From Takakia lepidozioides (lineage: Eukaryota; Plantae; Bryophyta): a stretch of DNA of 64,000 bases. The DNA is taken from NCBI GenBank assembly GCA_030704615.1, contig CM060733.1, forward strand, positions 35,154,001-35,218,000, in the 5' to 3' direction. The notes beneath the pieces are model-generated. The model was not told the DNA's origin, made no database searches, and saw only the letters and a list, made by a program, of their open reading frames with translations. The position numbers were made by a program, and so were the translations under genes. Positions 1 through 13,399 of this stretch are shown here, in pieces; positions within the stretch are counted from its first letter, which is position 1, and every line of letters begins with the position of its first letter.

Positions 1-1094
1 ATACCCTCATGGGTGAGGGTATAAGCTTATCTCTCATTTGACACACATCCCACCGTACCAAAGTGATCCTACCTACTTCATGCACCTCATGTAAAAATCT
101 CAGGAGATTTGACCGTCTAATTAGGAAGATTATTAGCTAGGCCAAATTTCCTACCATTTTTCTTTACCATTTACCGTTTTCATAGTGAGTTTGTTTTTTA
201 AGAAATGAAGGGAAACACCTGGGAGTGACAGCTCACAAATCAGGCCCCTTAATACTGAGAGGAGAAAATAACCTCTTTCATAGTAACCTCGCAGTGAAGG
301 CTTTCTGATGGGACACTGCCCAAGGGAAGGGGAGGAGAGCATACCGCACCCCTCATGTAGCAGGATTTGACCCGAGAAACATCTGGGTGTCACTCGGTGC
401 GCACTAACCAACTGAGCTACTGACCGTTAGTGGAAAATTGGTTTGACCAAGCACATGGCTTACCATTTAGAATTTGCTCTGATACAGGCTGTACCCAGAT
501 TCTAATTGTATGGCACCTACAGCATGTCCACCCAAAAATCTAGAGCAAAATGCCAAAAATTCAAAATGGTTGCTTTGTATGGGAAAACAAGGGGGTAAAA
601 ATGGCCATTTCTCCCCAAATCACCCTAAACGTGTCCCAATTTTTGAGGAAACAAAACTCCTCTTCATGCTCTTGCTTGCCTTTTTTTCTTTTTTTTTGAC
701 GATAAAGGGGAACGGACTTGCCTTCATACTCACTACCCTGAAAAGAAATGAAACCATCCTAAGCTATTTACAGGCAGAGATTGCAAAAGAAAGGATTTCC
801 TACTTGAATCCAAACTCAGGCCGACTATCGGCTCAGATAATCGCGGCAAGGAAAAGGGGCCACGCCATCTAAAGCGATGAACTGTTTTGTGTGAGCCCGT
901 TAATTTTGTGGGCCCCTGCTGACAAACCCTTCGCCCGCAAATGCCGAGACTCAGCCCCATTTGCCTGCCACGTGGTAAAGTCAACCCTGCTGGAGGGCCC
1001 CAAACCATCAAAATTTTGGGTGTCCGTGCGCAGTCCAAAAATTTCTGACGGCAGTCCTTTAGGTTTTTTAGGGTGCCATCAACGCAAGGGGGTG
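1..1094 (-). repeat. Dispersed ~1.1-kb unclassified repeat (copy A, cut by window edge) hosting a SINE insertion
   Basis: Near-identical to 42658-43736 (direct) and 59747-60840 (inverted); diverged homologue at 29310-30104. No coding capacity recognised. Confidence 0.75.
188..427 (-). mobile_element. tRNA-derived SINE (copy A)
   Basis: On the minus strand: A-box TAGCTCAGTTGG, B-box-like GGTCAAATCC, A-rich tail AAAAAACAAA, flanked by direct CACTA repeats (plus-strand TAGTG at 183-187 and 428-432). Absent from the homologous repeat near 29.9 kb. Confidence 0.75.
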
Positions 1095-1139
1095 AACTCT
1101 CTTTTGCCTGAAATGCAAAGCCATTCTCAAAACACTCCT

Positions 1140-4100
1140 GACCTTGGATAATTTAGTGCGCATAAGTAGTAACACACTGCTTCGAGTAAGGAAATGACAG
1201 GTCTGAATCGCTTAGACAATCCAAGGTATCATCGAGTTGGACGTTGGGGTCTGCTGGAGCGGTAACAGGTGTGCAGTGGTCAAACCCAAAGCATGGAGAA
1301 TTTTCTTGACATAGATGGATTGGTCAATCCAAAAAAGCTTATGCGCAAGATCTCGTATGATGATGTGGAGACCAACATACACGTCTGCAACAGATGTAGA
1401 GACTTCAAATTCTTTTTCCATGTGCGAGATCATACATGTCAGTTTGTCCGTGTGAATGCAACACCCAAGGCCGTTGTCAACAAAGATGGTCGTGAAGAGA
1501 AGAGGCAGCAGCCGACTAGAGTATACGCAAGGATCCGCATCAGTAGGGTGCAGATCTTACTGTGTGAGGAAATTGTGAACTTTCTGATTCTAAACCCTGG
1601 AAGATTGTTTGAGCCCGTAAAGACTCTCGCGTAAACGGCAAACCTTCCCTGCTTCATCCCCAGGGGTTGCAAAGCCTTTAGGCTGTAGCATGTAGATTTC
1701 CTCCTCCAAGTGCCCGTACAAAAATGTTGTCTTTATATCGAATTGGACAATGTCTATATCTTGCTGGGCAGCAATGGAGAGCACAGTCCTGATCGGCTCA
1801 TATTTAACAACTGGGGAAAACATTTGATCGTAGTCCACGCCATATTGTTGGTTGTAGCCTTTGGCCACGAGTCGAGCCTCGTATTTTGCAATGGCCCTTG
1901 TAGATGTTGTCTTTATTTTGTATATCCACTTACACGAAAATGGCCTTGCGGCCAGGAGGTAAGTGTGTCAAGACCCAGGTTTCGTATTAAGGACTGGAAT
2001 TCTTGCCTTTTTGCCATTCAGCAGAATCAGGACAGCTCAGAAAATGTGACAGGCTCTTCTGGCAAGCTGTTGGTTTCTACAACGCCTGCAAAGGAGCTCA
2101 CGTAGTAATCTTTAAGCCTCTCAGGTGGTCCCCGAAGTCGTTGGGGTCGTCCATGGGGCTGCTGATTAGCCAATTGATCACCATCACTGTTGGGAGCTTG
2201 GTTGGCCAAGTTAAGCTCTTGAACCACAACTTCTTCTTCGGCAGGAGTCTCAAGTGGTTCGGCTGCAGTGGCCGGAGCGGACTCATCAATAGCCGCTGGT
2301 TGATGATCTTCATGCATGACTTCGTAGAATAGTCCTGATGCTTCATCGAGGCGATTGGCAGCGTCATGGGTTAATGAGAACTCGTCAAAAAAGACGTCGC
2401 GGCATATCATAATTCGATGTTTCTTGGCATCCCAGAGACGATAGGCCTTAGAGTGGGAGAAACACCCAACAAAAATGGTCCTAAGGCTCTTAGAATCTAG
2501 TTTCTTTATGAGCTCTTTGGGGATGTGTGCATAGGCAATGCTCCCGAACACAGGTAAATGACCCACAGTGGGTTTATGGCCTATCCATAATACGTAGGGT
2601 GTCACTCCGTTGTGAACTCAGGAACCTGAACGGTTGAGTACGTAGGCTGCCGTTTAAGCCGCCTCCCCCCAAAATTGCAAGCTTAATCTCTTGGCATGTA
2701 GCATGCTGCGAATAGACTCGACCAGGGTTCTAGTCTCTCACTCTGCAGATCCGTTCTGCTCGGGGGAGTATGTTGTGGTGGTCTCATGGCGAATCCCGGC
2801 GTATCTGGTGAACTCGGTGCTCAAATACTCGCCTCCCCTGTCACTACATAGCTTTGAAATCCGGTTCCGAGTCTCTCTCAAAGTTGTCGCTTCAAGCTGC
2901 TTGAAGGCGTCGAAGACCTTTGATTTATTAGGGATGCAATACACAAAACGGTATCCACTAAAATCATCCTTAAAAATAGCAAAGTATATTACGGATGCAA
3001 TACACAAAACGGTATCCACTAAAATCATCCTTAAAAAGAGCAAAGTATCATGCCCCTCCAAATGAGTTGACACTCATGGGCCCACAAACATCACTGTGGA
3101 AGAATTCGCCAGCTTTTTGTGCGCGGAGTGCCGATGAACGGACTGGGAATGGCTACTTCTGGTCTTTCCGAAGGCACAACCTTCGCACAGACCAGGCTCA
3201 CAGTCCTTGGTTGCAAGCTGCAGACCTATAACCACGTCGTTCTTCACCATCTGAATATCATGTTGTTGTTGTTGACATGCCCAAAACGCTCGTGCCACAC
3301 ACCGAAGCTTTTGGTAGTAGGCATTTTCCCATTGGGAGTCAAATCTGGATTGGTGAGGGCAACATTGGCCTTGCTTGTGGGCTTCACCGCCCTAAGCTAC
3401 AATCCATACAGTTTGTCAGATTGAATGTCAGTCAACACAACTTTGCCTCGTCCTTCTTGGCTAGTGAGGAAACATTCCCCTCGCCTGTAGGTGGTCACAA
3501 ATCCTTTATCAGCAGCAATTTTCATCAACCAGGCATCGGATTACAATGTTGCCGACACCGCAGACCCAAAGCTTCCTGTTATCGGCAATCATAACTGGCC
3601 ACTTATCGGGACAAATCTCCTCAAGAGTGTCAAACCACTCGAGATTATCTGTCATATGCTCCGTGGCACCACCATCCGCATACCAAATACTGGCAAACTT
3701 GCTGCTGCTAGATTCGTTGGTGATTGTGACAAAGGCAGCGTTGTTGGATTCTTCAGAGGCGATGATTTTCGCTTCACTCCTAGATTTCTCATCTTGTTTC
3801 TTCTTTTCACATTCCCTTTCCCAGTGACCTTTGCAATGACAATAATTGCATCTGGTCCTCTTCTTAAGCTCAGCTATTCGTTGGGCACGCTTAATTCCCT
3901 CCTCAGCTGTGGCAGCTTTCTGCATGCTGCTGCTGCTGCTTGGGCGGCTAGAGAAAAAATGCTTTGTCACTTCTTCCTCGGATACATCATGTACACGATT
4001 GCGACCTTCCTCCTTCAGCAATCGAAGGGTGAGGATTTTGAGGGTCTGCTGATCGGCGGGGACGCTGTCCCATGCAGAGACCAAATACCTATAACTTTGT

Positions 4101-5148
4101 GGCAAAGTGCCTATGATCTTGGTCATGACGGCTTGATCTGAAATGGGCTCTCCGAGATCATTGAGCTGGTTCGCCATGACCTCAATGGTGCTGATGCGGT
4201 CGGCAATGTTATCATCGGATTTCATGCGGAAATCGAAGAACTTCTGCTCGAGCAACGGCAGGTTTTCGGCGTTTTGCTCATGCACGGTGCAAAGGCGTCA
4301 CCACATCTGTTGGGAGGACCTGCACATCATCAATTGCCGCAAAAACTTAGTATCCTTAGAAGAACAAATGAAGGATTGACAAATATTATCTTTATCAGTC
4401 CACTCATCTTCATTCGCTGCATCCTCTCTGATGGCAATCCCGTCAATTATATCAAGTAGCTTCTTGGCACGAAGCATGACACTCATCTCGAATTTCCACA
4501 TGCCGAAGTTGTCTCCGGTGACCCACGGCCCTCAATGGATCATTCCTGGCGGGCATTTTTGGCTGAGATCGAGATCAATTTTAAACTACTGCAGAGAGAA
4601 GATAACGCAGAGTAATGTGCTAGTGGAAGTCAGAAGAAAAGAATGGTGTCACAATAGTTACAAGCCTATCTATGGAAGCTACAAGGGTTGTGGGCCCATA
4701 ACCTATAGAAAATACTAACTAGGGTGGTTAGGGACAGACTTGCACCAGACACGGAATGCCACAAAGAACACGAGTAGTGTTGCTGTAGATTCAGATCACA
4801 GTCATGAACTACATAAGCTAGCCTCAGATTCAGATCACAGTAGTGAAGTAGGGAAGCTAGCCTCACACTTTGCACACACTGAGATGAACGTTAATGCAAA
4901 TGGAGAGACTATATACCTAGCTTCCATACCTTAGCATGGGTTAAGGCAGGAACACATGAACATGCTTGGCTATGAGTAAAGTTAACACATAGTAGGCCAT
5001 ATGTGTATGAGTGGCAAACTTGTAGGCGGCAGAATCAAAAAGTGGATTGTGGCATTTTCTAAGCCATAGGTATATTGAGTACTCTATGTGAACAAAGGCC
5101 ATGCAGAGTGCCAACTAGTCTGCAGGTGCTGTTTCTAGATTTTCTACA
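1140..5148 (-). mobile_element. Ty1/Copia LTR retrotransposon, degenerate, 3'-truncated in RT (copy A)
   Basis: LTR 4704-5148 (TGTAGAAAAT...ATTTTCTATA); PBS GGTTATGGGCCCA at 4691-4703; gag with CNYCHCKGHWEREC knuckle; protease WYADGGATEHM; integrase SDRGGEY/PEQNGSAE; [14 protein letters not shown]...[10 protein letters not shown]...SLYGLKQ. Many stops and frameshifts; no RNase H or 3' LTR. Confidence 0.93.
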
Positions 5149-5149
5149 T

Positions 5150-6690
5150 GTTGTCTCCAGAGGATGGTGAGAAAGATAGAGAAGGCGATACTGGTGGTGA
5201 AGTACGCGGTCACTGCTCCTGGACATTATTCTCTTCTTGGCTGCAGAGCACAAACATGCATACACCGATAAACGCTTTCTCCGGTGGACAAGAAAAACAG
5301 CTGACAAACAGAATTTGGCAGAGCTAAGATGATGAGAATCTGTTAATTAATGGTTCAGTGTCTGCAACAAATGGTGAAACCTTTGCAACATTTCTGTTCA
5401 TGAACACAAGCTCCAGTTTGTTCCCAACTGGAAATGTACCCCCTTGAAAATTTCTCAATTGTTTTTGCAAAAATCTGAAATAGCAAGCAAGGGCCTTTAT
5501 GTTCAGTGAACTAGGAACAGTAAACGTTCTACAAAAAGCAAGAAAAGGATACGTAATCAGTAAAAACAGCTCTGGCAAACATTTCAACAGCCGACCCGAG
5601 ATCCATGGTTTTAAGAGGAAGTTAATGGAACCAACTGCCAGTGTGCTTGGAAGTTGAGGAAATGTTAACAGCTTGTGTCACATTTATAACAGAAAAGCAG
5701 TAAAATTATACTCAGACCTCCGCTGTAAGCTCAAATCAGATTGAAGACTATCATTTCTAGACTCGTGCTGGACCTGATTTCAGCCTGCAGAACATTCCAA
5801 GCCTTCCTTGACTCTTCTTTGTTCTCAGCAATTCTCAGCATTTCCTGCACAGCATCACAAAGGCAGATATCAAACTCCAGTTCGGACCACAAAGGTGTAA
5901 AGTTTGACAAAACCAGTTATGCTTCTGCAGCCAATTGCTTAAAGTTGATAGAAGAGAGATTGAGAAGCAAGATCTTGAGATGACGTACTCTCCACAAGCC
6001 TATAGAGCACTACCAAAACATGGAAAACTTTTGTCAGCATAAGGACGGAAAATCTATGCACATTTTTCCACATGGCATCATCCACATGCAGATTTAACAA
6101 AATGCACTCCAGACTTCTCTCATCATCCTCAACGAACTGCTCAATTATTAGGTACTCATAGGACGACATTTGCCATAGCTCAATTATAGAGACTCCCAAA
6201 ACAAGTCTTGGGTGCGGAAAAAGGCACTCTTGAGTATGAACAATGATACTGAGAAGTGCATGCATTAGATGTAATGATATCCCATTAACAACACCGGGTT
6301 CTTTGACATGGTTTGCAAAAAGTTTCATCACATAGCCATCTCTGCCATAAACACAGCTGCAGTAGCACAACATATTCAGGTTGTGGATGGACCAACTGTT
6401 CAATTACCTTAACTTGCAGCATTGCAAAAGTATTTCATGTCCACTTCTATTGGAAATGAGGGAATTCCTTGTCAGGTGACTAGTAATAACAAGGAATGGC
6501 CCAAACCGCTCGGAGTGCCAAGTACTCTTCATCCATTCCTTTGTTGAATCCAGAGATATCTTTGTTGTTAGTGTCCATCACCAATTCAATCGCTGTTGTG
6601 GGCTCTAATTCCATCGTCAACTGCAAAAGATGCACATTGTCACTGGTTAAACAGACATCAGACTGCTGCTGACATTGAAAAGGCAACTGA
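5150..6690 (-). pseudogene. Degenerate coding-like region 3' of the PIF1 core (possible C-terminal exon(s); family not recognised)
   Basis: Broken ORFs 5939-6403 and 6480-6686, conserved with the diverged paralog at 22470-24640; interrupted at 5148 by the Copia LTR. Confidence 0.35.
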
Positions 6691-6894
6691 ATAGCAATAG
6701 TTGCTCTCCCAGCATATATATTCCATAGTGTGTATTAGAGACTCTGAATTGAGTATACTTCATGGCTGGTAAATAGCAAGAAGGTAGCCTAGCAAGTTCA
6801 CTCAAATAAGCCAAAGGGGCATCCACATTCAGTGCCCAACCAAGGGCAACCATAGAATGGAGACTTCTGCACACGTTTATAAGAAATCCAAATT

Positions 6895-9800
6895 ACCTTG
6901 GCACTTATGCATGGTTAGGGCCCATGCCAGCTTCAATGGAACCTGAAAACAATGCAATATGTTTTCCAGCATAAGCATGATCCAACCATACATCTGTGAC
7001 GACAAGCAGGTCAGGGAGAAACTCAGTTGCGGTATAGCTGTCAGGTGCCTAGATCCTGATATAGCATATTGACTTTCCAATTTGGTATATTGTGGACAAA
7101 TTAGTGATCTTCCGGATATCTGTAGTAGAGCCACTATGTGCAGGTTCACAATCAATCAACCTTCCACAAACCAACAAGAAAAAGGATCATTGGCATTCTG
7201 TACACCTGAAGCCTTGTGCAATCATCGACATTCCAAACAGGGTATGTGAACGCTTCTGGGACACAGTCAACCTCCCGCCCGTTTTTGAACTTCACAGTTG
7301 GAACCTCCTGAATGTCACTTATCTGCAGATTTTCATATCCCCGCTTCAGTCTCCACTCTTCTGGGTTTTGTGGTTTGGATGGGGGAGGTTGGGACAACAA
7401 CTCTTTTCTAGACTTCCACCTCACAACAACACCAAGCGAGCCGTTTACCAGCATCATATCTCTGCTTCCACCAAGCTCCAGGTTTCGCAACAGCATCACC
7501 TGCAACACATCGGAGTCTTATAATGACGGCGTTAAGAGTTCCAAGATCTGCTGGAGGAGCTTCACATTGGTTTTCTTCCTGGTAAGAACTCTCGAGTCCT
7601 CTGTCTTGACTATGAAGATCCCTCATTGAACAGAATAATATATTCACTGCAACTGATATTGTAACGTGCTTGTACATGTAGTTCAGTCTCAAGGATCTTG
7701 ACAAAAGCAATGTTGTGGTACTACAAGCTCTGTACGTCAATTTTCGTTGATATTATCTGACTTTCCACATTGAGCCCATAGAGCCCTTGATGTACTACTC
7801 ATGACAGACAAATTAACATCCACACAGATCTCACACCTGCGCCCCAACTTTTAAGCTGATTTCTGAAGCGGCCAGGCAGGTTGACCAGAACACATTTTCT
7901 TTCAATTTGTTGAACTGAGATTGATGTTCTTCCTGGTTCATTTCTCCTCCATGTTCTTCTTTGCACTGTTCCTCTGTCCTGATTACATCCGTTGAAGGAA
8001 TAACAACCTCTCTTTCGGGTAGCTTTTGTAACTCACTTGCATTCAGGTTATCCACATCCTTGTTCCTGCCAAGCCAAATTACCACATCAATCTGGTTAGT
8101 GCTGGACAATAAACTTTTCATTATTCTTACTCAAGATCTTTTGAGAGAGCATATCAAATTTCCTTGAAGGAGCTAGAAATATAATTCCTGTTTGCTTGCT
8201 CAAAACCCAGGACTAAAGTCGAACTAAGTCCCTCTGGGTCAGATGCAATTGTTGATTGTAAGCTAAAACCTGCAAACACTCCAAAGTGATCAGCAAACCC
8301 ACTCTGCGAACCCAGGACGCATCTCTCCTCGGAAATAGCAATGTTGGCAGGACCCCCTCATTTGATTCAAGTGGTCTCGAGCACCTCCTCACAATTTCTT
8401 CCAGTGCTTCTGAATTTTCCCCTGTTCTGATATCATTCACCATCCGGACAAACTCTATGTCACCCTGCAACGTGATTTGAACCCACCCATGTTACTGTAA
8501 ATCTGTAATTCGGGAAGAGATTCCACACTTTCTGTAGGGAGCAAGTATTATTCTTTAAAGATTGTCATACTATGCCTCACCAAATCAGGTGAATTTTTTT
8601 TTGATGGTGTACCTGACGAAAGACAGTTTTCAACATGACACACTCCAAATTTGCTTTGTTCCATGCTGGTGCCTCAAATGCAAACCCCTTATTTGTAAAC
8701 TGATTGGGGGGCTTATCCTGTATTGGAAGCAACTGGAAAAAGTCTCCAGCAAAAATCACCTGTAGCAAACCATTCGTTCAAGCAGTTATAGATTTTCAAA
8801 GAGGATGCCCACCCTCTCTTTCACTTTTGGTTAATCCACAAGGGAAAAAGGGAACCCACTTGGCTGACTGTTGGGATGATGGAGAGGATGCTATTAGTCT
8901 TCGAATAGAGCTACTTCATCAGAATAGTCATTGAATAGAATCGGGAATTGGTTGTCACTCCATTTCTTGCACCCAGTTCAAGAATACCCTGCTGCTTGGA
9001 TGTGATTCTGGGCCATAATCAAATTGAAGATATGGCAAAATGCTTCAGTGGACAATAAGTAACTGCTCAATGAAGTTGATTTTTGAAGATCGTGCTACTG
9101 GAGTAGGATGCTATTGCTCCCCCCCTCCCCACTAAAACAGTGTTCTCTCACAGCCGCATGCACTAAGTACCTCCCATATACATAATACAGTCTGTTTCTT
9201 TTGTTACTGACAGCCAAGCCCTGACAGAGGTGTGCCATTATGAGGATCAGATTGATGGGTCTGCAGTCTCCACCTTAGAACATCTCTTAATGTTGAATTG
9301 TAGTCTTCTAGTTGAGGTAGCTAGTTTTTGGGGGACCCCACTTTTCTTGTTTTTGTTCTCATGGACATTCTTCTTCAGTTTTTGGGAGGAAAGGGGAAAC
9401 ACTCTAGAGCGAACTAATAAAATCAATAACCATAGACAAAGCCTCGACAAGCCATTGGAAGCCCACCCTGGCAGGCCCAGGGGTGAAAGAAACACAACAA
9501 GCCCAAACAGACGAGTGGAGAGCGGTTGAGTAACCACCTTCTCAAAAAGGCAACCAGCTGAATCGAGAGGGAAAAACCAAAGACTACTAGCCCAGCACCA
9601 AAGGACCCAGTCAACTCAACTTGTTATCTAGCAGGACGATTGTGCCTGTCTCACTCTACACAAAAACTGAGAAGGCCAACCCAGAGCAACACAGGAAAAC
9701 AACAGTATTTGGGCCGAATGAATTTCTTTCTTTTTGCCTATCTTTCTTTCTCATCAAAAGTTTGTACTGCTTTAGTGCCACGGACTGGAGAGAATATGCC

Positions 9801-11373
9801 TGTGTAGTGATCATGCTCCCAGCCACGCCATGGCTAACATGGACTGAATGTGAAATCCTGCAATTTTGATCATTAGTACACCTAGTTATGTCCAGAGCTG
9901 ACAAAGAAACATTTGATATGTTGCTACCTGAAGGCCGCCAAATGGTTTTGATGACCCACGAACTCTACATATTGTCTGCTCCAAGTACTCAAGAAATTTG
10001 GCGCTGATCATTTGATATCTCATCAACAATCAGAACCCTCAGGTTGCGCCACTTGATCCTCATTTTGTGCTCAAACATGCGATTAAAATCTTGAAAACGT
10101 CGTGGGATACCTATTCCTGCTGCCGAATGCAGAGTAGTGCCTTCAATCTCCAGTGCTGCAACACCGAAATGAACAAGGTGTTAAGGCACATGAGCAGATC
10201 TAAAACCCACATTATTACCAAAAATCATTTTGTCTGATATACCTTATCTCCCATGTCTCAGAGTGTGCAGGATTAGTCATGACCCATCACATAGAGTTGA
10301 CAACGGCGTGGTCTTGTGCATTTTGCGATATGTACTACATCAGAACAATTATGCAGTCTTCTCAATCAAGGAAATAGAGTAGTGGCAAAAAATGCATTCA
10401 GACAGCACACCACGTGCGATGCCTGTGGATGCTGTAACTGCCACACAGCAACTACAACAAATGCACTGGTACTTCTGCTTTTTAGGATGGATCTTGCCAG
10501 GAAGGACCTCCCCAGTGTCCATCTTCCCAGGATCGACCTTGCCATCATCCCTATCGTCAGGATCAATCTTGATGTGATCTGTGTGAAACTTCTCCTTCAG
10601 TATTCCAAGGATATGCTGAAGCACGAATGTCTTGCCTGTGCCACCACACCTGATTTCGGCTGTCTTCATCGTCAGGAAGAAAAAGATGTCATGAGCTACG
10701 ATCAATTGAACGTCTGGTCCAAGGCTATGCTTCCATCAAGAGTGCCAACTCAAGCTTCAATAAGGGGACGGGAACTTCAGATTCCAGGAGCCTGTCCACG
10801 TTCATTGCCATCTTTTTAGCCAGTTACATCTATATTCATGGAAACTGAATATGACGGAGTCATTTCTTTCAGCGACAGCCGTGTGCATGATAGTGGTCCG
10901 GCAAGCGAGGAACTACACTCTTGCTATTTTCAAAGACAAAAGAGAACATGACTACTAATACTCTTCCTCACATATATTCCCCCGGAAGTCCTAAAGACTC
11001 CGAGTGTCTGAAGGACAAACTATGCCACTCCTACCTTCCCTCACACTAGGAAAAGGCCTTCCCCCTCGTGCTGATTGAATTATGGTAAAGAAACACACGG
11101 GAACATGAAAAACGAAATTGCTTCTTAGCCGTGCAGAGACATTGCATGCGGGCTGTAACGACCCTCAGCCCCTAAACACCTGTCAAATAAGACTTTGTTA
11201 ATCTCTCTTACCATGCCATCCTGGACCAGCTCGACAATTTTTTTCTGCTCAGCCGAAAGCGTCTCTCTGGCGTTGGTGATCAAGCCCTCCTTACGAGAGG
11301 AATAATCAAGCACAGAACAAGCGTCGGAATCATTATCAAAGTCGAGCGACACCGGATTGAATCTGGATCCCAT
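6895..11373 (-). pseudogene. PIF1: PIF1-family 5'-3' DNA helicase, multi-exon, cellular (non-Helitron) type, apparently degenerate
   Basis: Ordered SF1B motifs in GT-AG-bounded exons: LSAEQKKIVELV (~11214-11260), GGTGKT and VAVTASTGIA (10420-10645), GTTLHSAAGIG...VLIVDEIS (~10010-10165), GDFFQLLP...LKTVFRQ (8612-8762), NDIRTG, LKVGAQV|MLLRNL...LVNGSLGVV, RLQ|VPLKLAWALTMHKCQG. Frameshift after DEIS; motif VI is degenerate. Confidence 0.85.
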
Positions 11374-11682
11374 TCCCCTCTCAGGAAGCAGGAATTGCTG
11401 TAACGATTGGTTGGAGAAGCCGGGTCAAACCCAGTACAAACTATTCTTGCAAATTCTCAAGAAAGGAGCTTTGGTGATACTACTCCCAGCCACTTCCTGA
11501 TCTCAAACATTTGGCAGTCCCCCTCTCCAAAGCTTGTAAGGGTCTGCTGTGGTGCTGATGTGGAGTCACTTGTGGAGTAGGTTCCTTCCGTTGGAAACAC
11601 AAAGATCTCTTCAAGCTCAACCTCAAAAAAGGCTCCAGCAACTTGTAAATTATTTTTGTTCTCAGAGACAGATGACCGGCAG

Positions 11683-11710
11683 CAACAACAACAACAACAA
11701 CAACAACAAC
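11683..11710. repeat. (CAA)n microsatellite
   Basis: About nine tandem CAA units. Confidence 0.9.
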
Positions 11711-11964
11711 GGTCAAGGTCTGGATGAATGAGCTGAGAATTTGCCGGTTTCTTTCACACCACAAACTGAGTACTTGAAGATGACTGCCATAGGTCTCCTC
11801 ACCTGAAGGATTCATTTCTGGACCTAATGAGTTGTCGGAGCTCTCCTTTCTTACTTTTTCTTTGCCTTTCTATGTCAGGGTTGAATGGCATAAGGTTGAA
11901 GAAATACCCAGCAATGTATTCAGCTCGATGTATTGCACAGAGGAAGACAGGGATATATAGGGAC

Positions 11965-13260
11965 TGAGGTATCAATGCGTGGGATTACCGCGAAAGATAC
12001 CGACGGTGGAAAGAATCCTAAGCGAAATAAATAGCTGTCTACCATTAAATTACAGCCGACACTACATCTAGATATATCTCATGTGCACTCTTTATGAACT
12101 ATAGGCCCCAGATCTCCGGATCTGGGTGTGAACTGTCCCAACAGAGGTATCAAGATCAATAAGTGTCCTCAGTACATGATCTACTTCAAAGAGATGAGCT
12201 TCTTGGTACAAGCCCGGTATATACTGTAAATTTCAAAAGCGACATGGCAGCAGTTGTTTGCACATCCACTCCTTGCAACAGTATGGCACAGTAGATTCAC
12301 TCCCTAAAATGATAGAGAGACTGCACTTGAAAAGCTGTAAATAAATAGCTGCAAATAAATATCTCATGTGCACTCTTTATGAACTATAGGCCCCAGATCT
12401 CCAGATGTGGGTGTGAACTGTCTCAACACCCTCTCTCACACCTAGATCACTGGCATAGCGTGCATCGGAAGTACTCCTCGCTCTTGTCCCCTAGGTAGAG
12501 TGACTATGCTTAGCTTTTGTTGACTTACCACCTGCTGTAGACTGATAACTCCTAGAGCATCTCTAAAGTGAGAGAACTTACGTTTTCCTAGTGGTTTTGT
12601 AAAAATATCATCAAGTTGATCGTCCGATGAGACATGGTTCAAATCAATTTCTCCACTCAAGATCTTCTCTCTAATGAAATGATAGTGCACCTCTATATGC
12701 TTTGTCCTTGCGCCATCTTAATGGCACTGGAGTTGTCACACCATAATTGAGCGGCTTTACCTATGAGGAAACCAAGTTCTTGAGTCAGTGTGCCTGCAAC
12801 CAGATCGATTCTCTTGATTCTTCAGTTATAGCTCTGTATTCTGCTTTTGTAGATGATAGGGATACAGACGGTTGCCATGGTTGCCGTTTACTCGACCATG
12901 TCACCGGCGATCCTCAGAAACACAAATGATCCTCCAGTAGATCGTCTGGTATCTTGGTCTCCTACCCAATCAGCGTCAACAAAGCCATCTAGTTCCACTC
13001 CTCCATCTGCATAGAACATAAATCCGTAGTCGTTCCCTTCAAATATCGGAAGATCCTCTTGATTGCCTCCATTTGAGACTTATGGGGTGCAGTCGTGACC
13101 TGCTAACCATCCCAATTGCGAAGCTGATATCTGGCAGTGTTAATTTCATCAGATAGATTAGTTTTCCTACCATCTTATGATACAAGGTTTCATCCACAGG
13201 TTCTTCTCCCAATATGTAAACCCAAGTTTCAATCAAGGAAAATCGGCGAGTGCCTAACTA
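11965..13260 (-). mobile_element. Ty1/Copia 3' fragment (RT end, RNase H, PPT, LTR-like ends), a different family from 1140-5148
   Basis: YHKMVGKLIYL...PDISFAIG; GFVDADWVGDQDTRRST; RTKHIEVHYHFIREK...DQLDDIFTKPL. Purine tract GTGTGAGAGAGGG is followed by TGTTGAGACAGTTCACAC at 12428; a second LTR-like start lies at 12142. Confidence 0.85.
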
Positions 13261-13399
13261 GCATGATTGAAGGCCGGGGGGGGGGGGGGCTAGTGGAGAG
13301 GCATGGGAAAGACACGCGGGAGTAGACGGGTGGGCCCGGGCGATAGGGACACCTAGAAAGAGGGGGGCTATTTTCGCCACCCTAGGTTCAACAACGTCT

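Noticed and set aside
3491-4141. 216-aa plus-strand ORF and similar antisense ORFs such as 18458-18910 and 56700-57350
   Set aside because: Antisense shadows of retrotransposon gag/pol with no recognisable domain.
6895-11373. Autonomous Helitron
   Set aside because: No HUH/Rep motifs or termini seen; the helicase motifs are cellular PIF1-type despite GGTGKT.
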